A DNA stretch of 64,000 nucleotides. Origin: Fidelibacterota bacterium. GTDB taxonomy: Bacteria; Fidelibacterota; UBA2242; JAFGTP01. Numbering within the stretch: the first letter of the stretch is position 1; the number at the start of each line of letters is the position of its first letter. Position numbers and translations under genes: made by a program. This document shows, piece by piece, positions 16,724 through 26,700 of the stretch. A model generated the notes under the pieces. It made no database searches. It was not told the DNA's origin and saw only the letters and a list, made by a program, of their open reading frames with translations. The stretch spans positions 11,879-75,878 of the forward strand of contig JAFGTP010000012.1 in the NCBI GenBank assembly GCA_016934035.1, given 5' to 3'.

Positions 16724-19700
16724 AAAAGAGATTCTTGATTTCTCTTATGGTCGTAATGGCCATTTTCCTGTTTACTTCCAATGCTTTCGCTCAGCACACC
16801 ATTAAAATTTCTGGTAGAGCGGAGATGGACGGTATTCAGGCCAATCAAACAAGCCTTAGCTACACAGTTGAGGCAAGAATCAATTTGGGCGCAAGCTATT
16901 CATGGCTTCCTGTCACAGGCGCTGGTTTGAACTGGGACTGGGAAGACGATGTTGAAACAGACAGCTTCAGCGTTGAGATTGATTCCAATATGATCGATGG
17001 CGCTGATTCCATTCGAATCACACTTCGTCCCTTAACAGGTGTTTCTGCAACTCCGAGTTCATTGACATCCGCTATGGGCTACAGTGTTGGCTGGGGTGGA
17101 TTGTCCTTTGATTCAACTGCTGCAACCACCGATCAGGATTCAGTTTTCCAGGTTGCCACAACCGGCGGAAATCCTTTTGAATTCTTCTCTTTGCCGGAAG
17201 TTGCAACAGACAGTCTGGGTGTTTTACCAGACATGAATTATACACCCACAAGACTGGTTCTTGCCTGTCATGATTCTGTCGGTTCAACAGTTCTGGGCAG
17301 AGGCCTGAGAATTGATATCTCAATTGCCAATGACGCTGCCACTTATGGCGCTTCCCAGATCACAGAACTGAGAATTTCAGCCAGAGATTTTACAACCAAG
17401 GCTGCTATCGGCAACGATACCCTGGTTGTTCCCAAGAATGCTGCCAATGACAGTCTGTTCATCAGCGATGATATCGTTGGTGGCGGCACTACCTGGGATG
17501 CATTCCTGGATTCATTGGCTGCCAATGGTGCAACCCGTGTTGATTTCTCTGTTGCCATGATTAGTGTTAATGGCACCACAATGGCTACTATTGCCACAAC
17601 CAACGGCGTATGGATTGACAGAGAAGGCCCGGCCGCTCCGACTTATGATGACATTGTTATCAGAAATGCAGGCGGCACAGTTGTTGACTTCGGTCTGACT
17701 CCTTTGATGGAAGGTCAGGTTTATACAATCGAAGTTACTTCCACTGACGCGATTTCTTCACTGTCCGAAGCCAGCATCGTTTTCAACTATCATGGCGCTG
17801 CCAACGTGCTGGGGCTTCCTGCTGCCGGTTCACAGGCTACCCTTGATATGGACGACGCGGTTATTTCCGGCGCCGGCCATGTGATTACTTTTACTTTCAC
17901 ACCGGATGATGGTATCGGACAGACTCCTTTCTGGTATGCAATGCAGCTGAATATGGAATTCATCGATATCAACGGTAACGTAACTACAGCAATGAATGAC
18001 AATGTAACCCATTGGACATTGCTGAACAGAAACGTATTTGTAACTGGTGTTGAAATTTCCGATTATACAAAAGACCCGGATGATCCGGATACATTGGAAT
18101 GGGGCAATGTTTACAGAATCGTTGGTAACGACTTTGCTGTAGAACATATGGGCGCCACCATCAACTTTATTGCTCTGCGTGACGGTTTAGATGAAGAAGA
18201 TGGCGTTTTCGTCACAACACCCGGCTCAAACTGGTTTAAGCTGAATGGTGACGTACTCAGTGCATGTCTCATGGCTGGTGCATCAGACACAACCTTTGCT
18301 CCCGGCTGGCAATATTACATCATGGGTATGAATTCCATGAATGGCAATAATTACATTCCCTGGGGCGATGTCTTTGTTTCCAATTACGCTTATGACGGTG
18401 TTGACTCTCTGGGTTGGGCCGGCGTCAGAGACCTGGCCGGTAACCTGGCCGGAATGATTGACAGTATTTTTGTTCATGATTCAAGATATCCTGAATTAAC
18501 CATCATCTCCTTTGAAGGCGAAGATGTTGATACAGTCAACAGCTGGATCATTGCTGATACAGTATCCGGCGACAATATTCATGAACATACAGTATACATT
18601 AATGTTGATGCTGTAAAAGACACAAACGGCCTGGCCAAAGTCCAGATCTGGTACAGAAAACACGAAGAAGATCCGGCCTGCTATCCTGACAAATGTGAAT
18701 GGATCTTATTAACTACTGTTAATACAGACACTGTACCATGGCAGTTTGATGTTGATCTGAGTAAACTGAATTTCGAAGCACGTCGTTATCAGTTTGCCGC
18801 CATCGGTATTGATGACAGAGATGTTATCGGCAACTATTTTGGACCCAACAGGCAGCCCATCGAACCTCAGGCTGACCTCTATATCGAACGTGGCGAAGCT
18901 GCTCCGACAGGAACAATCGCTGCTGTTGTTACACCTTTTGAATTTGGCGGCACCAATAAAGTCCATTGGACTGTAGCTGATGATTTCTTTGTAAAAACTG
19001 CTTCTGTAACTTGTGCTGCAACCGGTCAGAACACAGCTCTTGCTGTTGCCGGAAAAGCCAGTGATGCTGCTGACCTGACTGTAACTGGTCTGACCACTGC
19101 TCATATCGGAACAAACCTGACATACGTTTTGACTGTCCAGGATTATTTTGGAACAGTTAGAACTTTCAACGTTGTGGTTCCTGTAGTTAATGAAGTTGTT
19201 GATGTTGTTATTGACAGTTTGAACAATGGCGTGCCAATGGTTGGCTGGCCATGGCCCGGCGATGCTTTCGATGATCTCGAAGATGAAGATTTGCCGGTTC
19301 ACATTCATGGCGACAGCGTCAATGTTTTCTTCACAGTTGATGATGCCAATACTCCGGTACAGCTTTGGACAAAAGTTGGTGTTGCCGGTACCTGGGCAAA
19401 ACTGGGTACTGCCGTAGCAGCCGGTGGATATTATCATAACTGGAATGTCAATGCTCTGACCGATGCTGATACAATCTATATCGGTGGTACATACAGCGCT
19501 TCCGGTTCAGACAAAATCGTTGCCGGAAACGTATTGAAAGTTGTTGTTGATCATTATGGCTTTGCAGCCGGTGATGTATCCTGCAACCTGACCGCCGGTC
19601 AGTATGTAACCAACACGACAGACATTACTGTTTCTACAACTTTAAATGACCTGGCCAATCCCTATACACTCAGTGGCAGCATGGGCTCAGCCAACTGGGG

Positions 19701-22700
19701 AAGCAAAGTCAATGATTTTGCTAATGGAAAAGCCGATGGTCCTCTGACTGTTTCCGTAACCGGAACAGATCTTTCTGTACCGAATGTAAACAATGGTTCT
19801 GCTACTCTGGTATCAGTTGTTGTTGATAATTTGGTTCCTGTAGTTGATGAATTCACTGTTAATGAAAAACCAATGTCCGTTGCTGAAATTTCAGCCGGCA
19901 ATGCAGTGTTTGAATTGACAGTATCCGACGCCGGATCCGGTATCGATGCGATTTTCGCCTATATCGAACTGGATTACGATGACGGTCAGACAGCCGAAGA
20001 TTCAGTGCTTTTTGAAGTAACCGGACTCGGTGGCCTGGATGAATATACTATCACCAACACCATTGATGTTTCTACCTGGGCAAAAGATACATTCCAGATT
20101 TACCTGGAAGTAACTGACAAATATGGCAGAACATTAGAAGACAACACTCATAAATTTTCAATTCTTGAAAACAATACACTTCCGATTCCTGTCATTGCTG
20201 CTATTGATGAACATGACCAGGAAAATGAAGATTGTTCTGTAACTCTGTATGCCTTCACAGGCCTCTGCCTGCCAAACAACTACCAGAAAGAACCTGATCA
20301 CCTGCGTTTTGAATACAAAAACGGTAACGGTGTTTGGATTGAATTCGGTAACGTTGATTTTGATGCTTCTACAGCCGGTCCTAACGGAAAATTCCGTGTA
20401 TGGCCGATTGAATTCAATTATGATTCAGAAGATGGCGGATACTATGATGAAGAAGTACGCGCTGTAGCTGTTTCCGATGCTTTTGAAGACGATATGGGCG
20501 AAACACCCTATCCGTTCTTAGAAGTTGCCGGTCCTGCATTAGTACCTCATACAGTTTACGACAACAACAGAAAAGCCATGAACGATGCTGATCAGAAACT
20601 CTATTCTGACAATGCTGTCGAATCTCCGACAAACGTTGTATTGGTTCTGACAGAATCCAACGAAAGTGGTCCTCAGGGCAACACCATCAATCATTTCCAA
20701 CTGGTATCTACTGAACTCATCAATGGTATGTACAGAGGAATGTTAGATGTTGAACCCAATTCAGTTCTTGCAGCTGCTCCCTCAGCCGGAACTGTAACTG
20801 TTTGGTCTTTCAGCTCTTACAACATCAATCAGCCGACTTTCACCTACACACTGAATGCCGGTGTCATGGATGTGACCAAATTGTATGATGCTCATGACCA
20901 GGTTGCTGTTTCTTACTGTGGCGCAATGACTGTTGAAGTTGATGCTTCAGCTATCAGCTCCGATGAACTGGTTTATTTTGAACCTTTCAGAAACAAAACC
21001 AGAAATGGTGTTCATATTCACACAACACTTGCGGATGAAATTGATGTTCCTTTTACCATGATTCACAATACAGACATCAGCGGCATGACACTGCCCGCTC
21101 TGAAAGTATGGCGCTGGGGTGAAAATGCTGACGGTATCATGACATGGTTGAATGAAGTTGAAATTGATACAGTACTGGATGACACTGTTTACGCCACGAG
21201 CGTTTCTGCTCAGGGCACAGGCTCTTTCATCGGTACTTTCAAAAACGACGCTATCTATGCTATTTCAGTATACGATGCCTACGTTCCTCCGACACCTTAC
21301 AGTGGTCCGGTTGCTAATTTCGCGCTGCTTGATTACAATGGCGCCGTTAACGGCCTCGATGATGATCATACCGGTTATGCTCCTCATAGTGTAATCTTTG
21401 GTATCTGCGGCAACGGAACTGACTGCGCTGGCGACAATATCTATTATACTTTAGCAAGTGGTCAGGGTGCCGGTGCTGCCAAAGATCATGAAATTACTTT
21501 CATTTTCGATGGCGAACATCAGATCACCTTCATGGCTGACGAATGTTGTAAAGATGTTGCATGGGAAGATAGCTATACCGGTCTGGTAGACAGTACCTAT
21601 GGCAATGCAATGTTTACTTACATGACTCCCGGCAGCTATGACGTTACCATGATCATCAATGATACAAAAGGTCACGGTGCAGACACATTGACAATTGAAG
21701 ATTTCATCATTGTTCATGACAAAGCCCTTGCTATTGACCTTGTAACCATGTTGCCTTCTTACTCCAATGCCGAAGGAAAAACTTATACAAGCAAAACTCC
21801 TTCCTTTGAAGTACAGGTTGTCTATCCGCAATCTGAAGAAAGCGAACTGAAAGCTCACGCTTTCCTGAATGGTCATCATGTACTGTTCCAGGATGCAACC
21901 AAAGAAGCCTTTGATTGGGTTGACTTTGCAAATCTTGAAGCTACACTGACCATTGAAAATGAAAGCGGCGAAGCGCTGAACAGATTCCTGAAAGAAGACG
22001 AAGCTAACGAAATTTACTTCGTAGTCTATGACGAAGCTGCCGGCCTGTCCGTCACTTCTGAAACTCTGACCTTCTGGCTGGATATGACAACTCCGTTGGT
22101 CGCATGCTATGATGAAGACGAAGACTGGATCCTCGGTACTCACGGCTCCAACTCTCATGATGTTTGGGTATTTGCCGAAGTCAAAGATCCTGAATCACTC
22201 ATCAGACTGACCAATTGTTCAATGACTATCGGTCAGAAAAATGATACCAATGACATCGTTACTTATGTTGGCGAAGCCTTCGATATCATCGAAGAATATG
22301 CTGATGGTTTTAAATTGAGAAAAGCCATCAATTTTGCTGACTTCAACCATGCAATCTGGGAAGATGAGACATTCTCCAATGATATGACCATCTCCTTTAC
22401 TTTTGCTAACAGATTAGGTATGACCACAACTGCAGAATATGACTTCTCTTTTGACTTACTTGATCCGATTGCCACTGTTGACGATGATGCATGGCCAATG
22501 GTACCGACCGATTCAATTCCTTATGACAACGACGGTGATTCACTTGCCAACGAAGATCCGATTGATGGTATCAACAACGACGGCGATTGGCACGATGTCA
22601 ACCTGAATGGAAGACGTGATTACTACTTCCAGACATGGTGTGAAGTTGTTTATGATTGCTGCGGTTATGTTGTAGATACAATCTGCCACAAAGAAGTAAT

Positions 22701-23364
22701 GCTTGAAGAAGAATATATTGATGAAGATCCGATTGACTGGGAATACACCTACTATCAGTATGAAGTAGATTGCAACAGCGGTCTGAGTCTGCATCTCTAT
22801 GCCTACGATCCAGAAGAATGTCGTGGCTCTTGCCAGGAACAGGAATACGGATCAGGCAATATCTGGTCAGCTGCTTCCGGTATTGACCATGAATCCTTCA
22901 AACTTTACCTGGACGGTGAATTATTAGACGCAACAATGGACGAAAATGGCGCAGTTGTTGGTGGCCAGGACAATATTCCTCACGGACACCATCAGATTAT
23001 GCTTTCTGTTTCTGACCATGCAGGTAGATCTGCTAATCCTTTAAGATTCAGAATCAAAGCTAACCATGACGTTGCGATTGTTGACGAACCTATCGCTCCT
23101 GAAAAGTTTGAACTGGGTGACAACTATCCGAACCCATTTAACCCAACAACAAACATCAAATTGTCTATTGCAAAACAGACTGATGTTACTCTGACTGTTT
23201 ATGACCTCATGGGTAAAAAAGTTAGAGAAATGAGCTGGACTAATATGGAAACCGGATACCATACAGTAAACTTCGACGCTCAAGGCTTGGCAACTGGTGT
23301 CTATATTTACACCTTGAAAGCCGGAAACTTCGTAGATACTAAAAAGATGATTCTTCTTAAGTAA
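16720..23364 (+). CDS. Giant (2214 aa) acidic secreted surface protein with T9SS C-terminal sorting domain; candidate S-layer/major surface protein
   Basis: AGGAGG RBS; signal peptide MKKRFLISLMVVMAIFLFTSNAFAQ; long Thr/Val/Asp/Gly-rich sequence with no recognisable catalytic motif; C-terminal CTD. Its codon usage differs from that of its neighbours. Confidence 0.85.
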   Translation: MKKRFLISLMVVMAIFLFTSNAFAQHTIKISGRAEMDGIQANQTSLSYTVEARINLGASYSWLPVTGAGLNWDWEDDVETDSFSVEIDSNMIDGADSIRITLRPLTGVSATPSSLTSAMGYSVGWGGLSFDSTAATTDQDSVFQVATTGGNPFEFFSLPEVATDSLGVLPDMNYTPTRLVLACHDSVGSTVLGRGLRIDISIANDAATYGASQITELRISARDFTTKAAIGNDTLVVPKNAANDSLFISDDIVGGGTTWDAFLDSLAANGATRVDFSVAMISVNGTTMATIATTNGVWIDREGPAAPTYDDIVIRNAGGTVVDFGLTPLMEGQVYTIEVTSTDAISSLSEASIVFNYHGAANVLGLPAAGSQATLDMDDAVISGAGHVITFTFTPDDGIGQTPFWYAMQLNMEFIDINGNVTTAMNDNVTHWTLLNRNVFVTGVEISDYTKDPDDPDTLEWGNVYRIVGNDFAVEHMGATINFIALRDGLDEEDGVFVTTPGSNWFKLNGDVLSACLMAGASDTTFAPGWQYYIMGMNSMNGNNYIPWGDVFVSNYAYDGVDSLGWAGVRDLAGNLAGMIDSIFVHDSRYPELTIISFEGEDVDTVNSWIIADTVSGDNIHEHTVYINVDAVKDTNGLAKVQIWYRKHEEDPACYPDKCEWILLTTVNTDTVPWQFDVDLSKLNFEARRYQFAAIGIDDRDVIGNYFGPNRQPIEPQADLYIERGEAAPTGTIAAVVTPFEFGGTNKVHWTVADDFFVKTASVTCAATGQNTALAVAGKASDAADLTVTGLTTAHIGTNLTYVLTVQDYFGTVRTFNVVVPVVNEVVDVVIDSLNNGVPMVGWPWPGDAFDDLEDEDLPVHIHGDSVNVFFTVDDANTPVQLWTKVGVAGTWAKLGTAVAAGGYYHNWNVNALTDADTIYIGGTYSASGSDKIVAGNVLKVVVDHYGFAAGDVSCNLTAGQYVTNTTDITVSTTLNDLANPYTLSGSMGSANWGSKVNDFANGKADGPLTVSVTGTDLSVPNVNNGSATLVSVVVDNLVPVVDEFTVNEKPMSVAEISAGNAVFELTVSDAGSGIDAIFAYIELDYDDGQTAEDSVLFEVTGLGGLDEYTITNTIDVSTWAKDTFQIYLEVTDKYGRTLEDNTHKFSILENNTLPIPVIAAIDEHDQENEDCSVTLYAFTGLCLPNNYQKEPDHLRFEYKNGNGVWIEFGNVDFDASTAGPNGKFRVWPIEFNYDSEDGGYYDEEVRAVAVSDAFEDDMGETPYPFLEVAGPALVPHTVYDNNRKAMNDADQKLYSDNAVESPTNVVLVLTESNESGPQGNTINHFQLVSTELINGMYRGMLDVEPNSVLAAAPSAGTVTVWSFSSYNINQPTFTYTLNAGVMDVTKLYDAHDQVAVSYCGAMTVEVDASAISSDELVYFEPFRNKTRNGVHIHTTLADEIDVPFTMIHNTDISGMTLPALKVWRWGENADGIMTWLNEVEIDTVLDDTVYATSVSAQGTGSFIGTFKNDAIYAISVYDAYVPPTPYSGPVANFALLDYNGAVNGLDDDHTGYAPHSVIFGICGNGTDCAGDNIYYTLASGQGAGAAKDHEITFIFDGEHQITFMADECCKDVAWEDSYTGLVDSTYGNAMFTYMTPGSYDVTMIINDTKGHGADTLTIEDFIIVHDKALAIDLVTMLPSYSNAEGKTYTSKTPSFEVQVVYPQSEESELKAHAFLNGHHVLFQDATKEAFDWVDFANLEATLTIENESGEALNRFLKEDEANEIYFVVYDEAAGLSVTSETLTFWLDMTTPLVACYDEDEDWILGTHGSNSHDVWVFAEVKDPESLIRLTNCSMTIGQKNDTNDIVTYVGEAFDIIEEYADGFKLRKAINFADFNHAIWEDETFSNDMTISFTFANRLGMTTTAEYDFSFDLLDPIATVDDDAWPMVPTDSIPYDNDGDSLANEDPIDGINNDGDWHDVNLNGRRDYYFQTWCEVVYDCCGYVVDTICHKEVMLEEEYIDEDPIDWEYTYYQYEVDCNSGLSLHLYAYDPEECRGSCQEQEYGSGNIWSAASGIDHESFKLYLDGELLDATMDENGAVVGGQDNIPHGHHQIMLSVSDHAGRSANPLRFRIKANHDVAIVDEPIAPEKFELGDNYPNPFNPTTNIKLSIAKQTDVTLTVYDLMGKKVREMSWTNMETGYHTVNFDAQGLATGVYIYTLKAGNFVDTKKMILLK
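22525..22857 (+). other. Asp-rich calcium-binding-like (TSP3-like DxDxDG) plus Cys-rich module inside the giant protein
   Basis: DNDGDSLANEDPIDGINNDGDWHDVNLNGRRD is followed by 8 Cys within ~90 aa (WCEVVYDCCGYVVDTICH...VDCNSG...ECRGSCQ). Confidence 0.4.
23098..23361 (+). other. T9SS type-A C-terminal sorting domain (CTD)
   Basis: PEKFELGDNYPNPFNPTTNIKLSI...VTLTVYDLMGKKV...GYHTVNFDAQGLATGVYIYTLKAGNFVDTKKMILLK. Confidence 0.85.
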
Positions 23365-23393
23365 TATTTTAAGAATAAAAATACCATCTTTCG

Positions 23394-23427
23394 AAAGGGG
23401 CTCGCTTAGCGGGTCCCTTTTGTTTTT
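23394..23427 (+). terminator. Rho-independent terminator of the giant gene
   Basis: 12-bp stem AAAGGGGCTCGC / GCGGGTCCCTTT (two G-U pairs) followed by TGTTTTT. Confidence 0.7.
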
Positions 23428-23793
23428 CATTTCATAATTAGTGCAGACAATATTTATAATTAATTATTCTTTAATAACACTTCCATAAACATCTTTTATC
23501 AAACAGGATATTATTGTTTATCCAATCATATATTGAATAAAATGATAATAAAACATTGTGAAGGTCTCTGTCAGTAATTCAATATGTGGATTTTTCATAA
23601 AGGTTTTTTCTCTAAACCAATAATCCGGTAATGATCAATTGTTCTAATGTAAAATTTTTAATAAAAATGTAAGAAAATATTCATAACAATTACCATTTTT
23701 AAAATTTTATGTTTATAATTATAAATTGCAGGAACCTTGAAATTCATGTAATAAATAGATACTTTTACAACACTTAAACATTTAGGGGGTAAT

Positions 23794-26700
23794 ATGAACA
23801 AGAAGTTAATGACTTTCATTTTATTTTGTCTGGTACTAGGCACCATCCTGTCTGCTTATGATAGTGCGGACAATTACAAACCGGCCAACTATGTACCGGC
23901 AGTAATTCAACATGAACCTATTGGACCGCAATATGCACCCATGTTGGTCGAACCACTTTCTGTACAAATTAACAGCATCAATATTCAAAAATGGCCTTTT
24001 GTTTATTTAAATGTCAATGTGGATACCAATGGAGCCGGAATAAATAGTCTTGATAAGAACAATTTTGAGGTTTATGAAGATGGTATCTTACAATCGGATT
24101 TGTTTGATGTACTCCCTCCCGCTTCCGGAGAAGGAAACAGGCTGGCAGATTTTATCTTCGTCCTGGATGTGTCCGGAAGTATGGGCGAAGAAATTGAAGC
24201 TGTCCGGCAAAATATGAGTGCTTTTCTGGATGCTCTTGCGAATTCCGGTATTAATTATAATGTCGGATTTGTTGTTTTTGCGGACCCGCATTATGTCTAC
24301 AATGATGGCTTTCTCTATTCAGATAAAAACCAAATTCAAAGTGTTATTGACAATATGGAACTGGGAGAGCATGATTTAGGATTGGGTGGTGATATTCCTG
24401 AAGACCAATTGGACGCCCTGGTGTCCGCTTCAGCCATGAATTTTCGACCTGGTGCGCAAAGAGTAGCCATTATGATTACTGATGCGCCGGCGCATACTTT
24501 TGCTGATGTCAATGGGAAATGGACCAATCAAACGGTTGATAGTTGTATTGAAGAGTTAATGGCACAATCCATAACCGTATATCCGGTTTTTGCAACAAGG
24601 GCGATCAATGGTATTCTGCAGGTTAATGTTGATAAACAGATCGAGCAATATATACCCATTGCACAGGCTACACAAACCGGATTATATTTCGATGTATGGG
24701 ATCCTTTTGATGAAATATTAAATACAATTTATGAAGTCATTGCCAATACATACCTGGTCAGATATTACTCAAATAATAACAGAACCTGTGATTATGACCG
24801 GTTTGTTGATGTCATTGTTGATTACCGGTTAGAACAGAACCACGATACGATTTCCTATACCATCGGAGCTGTTCCAATGATTGAAAGGACCCAGGCTACA
24901 CTGCAACTGCATAATAGTTCAAGACCCGAAAATGTCAGTTTTAATATTGATGTTACCATTACCGATGATGTGGCCCCCTTTACCCAATCAGCAGAACTGC
25001 TCTACAAAACATCTACCGGTACTTCTTTTAAAACAATGGCCTTTACTTATATTTCCGATAATCTTTGGAGGGCCACTGTACCGGCAGCGGATGTTGATTT
25101 TCCGGGGTTTGATTATTATATCACTGCAACGGATGGTCAATTTACCAGTACTTTGCCATCCATGGAACCCTATAAAAATCCTTTCCAATTAGCTGTCGGC
25201 ACCAATGAATTGCCGGTTGTGGATCACACACCTTTGGAATCTTATTCATATTTAAACACAGCCATTGCCATTTCGGCCAATGTGACTGATGCGACGGATA
25301 ATGTAGACAGGGTTGAACTTTATTATAAAAAATATGGACAGTTGCTTTATGATATGACAGAAATGACCAAATCCGGTGGAAATACCTACCTTTCAGAAAT
25401 TCCGTCCAATATTGTCACCACGGACGGATTTGAATATTTTATCAAAGCTGCAGATAACCATAATGTTGCCCGATATGTGGGCGATTATGATGCGCCGATT
25501 TTCGTCAGATGTGCTCTCACTCCTCCCGGGCATTTTACTGCCGAGTTGATTGATTCAACTGATGGTTTAGTTGAGCTGAAATGGCGTAAAGAAATTAATA
25601 ATGGCGGATTTTATGAAGATTTTGGCGACACGCTGATACCGGAATGGAAAATTGTCACCGGACAATGGCATGTAGCAGACGGCAATTTTAACACTTCCAA
25701 TTCAACGCATCAGCGCAATTCAGTATACTACAATGACTATTTTGAAAACTTCGTGCTGGAAGCCAGAATGAAAAGGTCTGGTGGTTCTCCTTATGGCATT
25801 GGTCTTTATTTTAATGGTGATCCGACAGAAGTGTCCGCCAGCGGTAAATGGGCCGATGGTTATGCTTTTACTTACTGTACAGCAGGAAACTGGGACCTCA
25901 TTGTTTATGAAAATGGTTACTCCAAAGCTATTCAGCCATTGGTTTGCAGTTCAGAAATTTTACAGGGTGATAATCAGTGGAACATATTAAAAGTAGTCTA
26001 TGCCTATGGATACATTGATGTCTATATTAATCATAAACTGCAGGGCAGTTATTTTGATGAGACCCATAAACGGGGCAGAATCGGCTTACATCTGCACGAT
26101 GATCAGTTAGCAGGTACCGCAGCCTTTGATTATGTTACTTTAACCCCTTTGCCGGACCAGTATTCCTTTGGAACCCTGCAATTGGCGGATCACCAATTCA
26201 GCATGATTTATGATCGTCAAAACCAGGAAATGACTACAGAAGAACTACCCAGTTTAAAACTGGCTCGCTGCAGCTATCCGACCTATGGATTGAATTTTCA
26301 ATATCTGGTCAAAAACAATGCTTATCTTACCGAAGAAGAACCGACATTTAAGTTCTTCAAGGTATACAGAGATAATTATTGTATTGCCGAATCCCACAAA
26401 TCCTATTATTATGATAATCTTGAAGTCAGTGGAACTTACAAATACAAAGTGACCTCTCTCTATGAAGAGGGTGAATCCAGACCTGCCGGCCCTGCTAAAA
26501 TCATTTGGGGTGAAGAAAACATTGTGGGCAGCACCTTCTCCGGAAATTTACTGTATCTGAATTCAAATGAACCTCTGGTGGGCGATACTTTAGAACTGAC
26601 AGGAGATCTGGATAATATTTCCATTACGGACGCCAATGGATTTTATCAATTCAAAGGGCTCTCCAGCCATACCATTGTAATGCCCAAGAAGACAGGTGAA

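Noticed and set aside
18709-19437. 242-aa minus-strand ORF inside the giant gene. A second one of 235 aa lies at 21451-22158, and there are many shorter antisense ORFs.
   Set aside because: They are fully embedded antisense to a 2214-aa ORF that has a signal peptide, RBS and CTD. Their sequences are low-complexity and Cys/Ser/Asn-rich with no motifs. Long antisense frames are expected from the strong codon bias of the sense gene.
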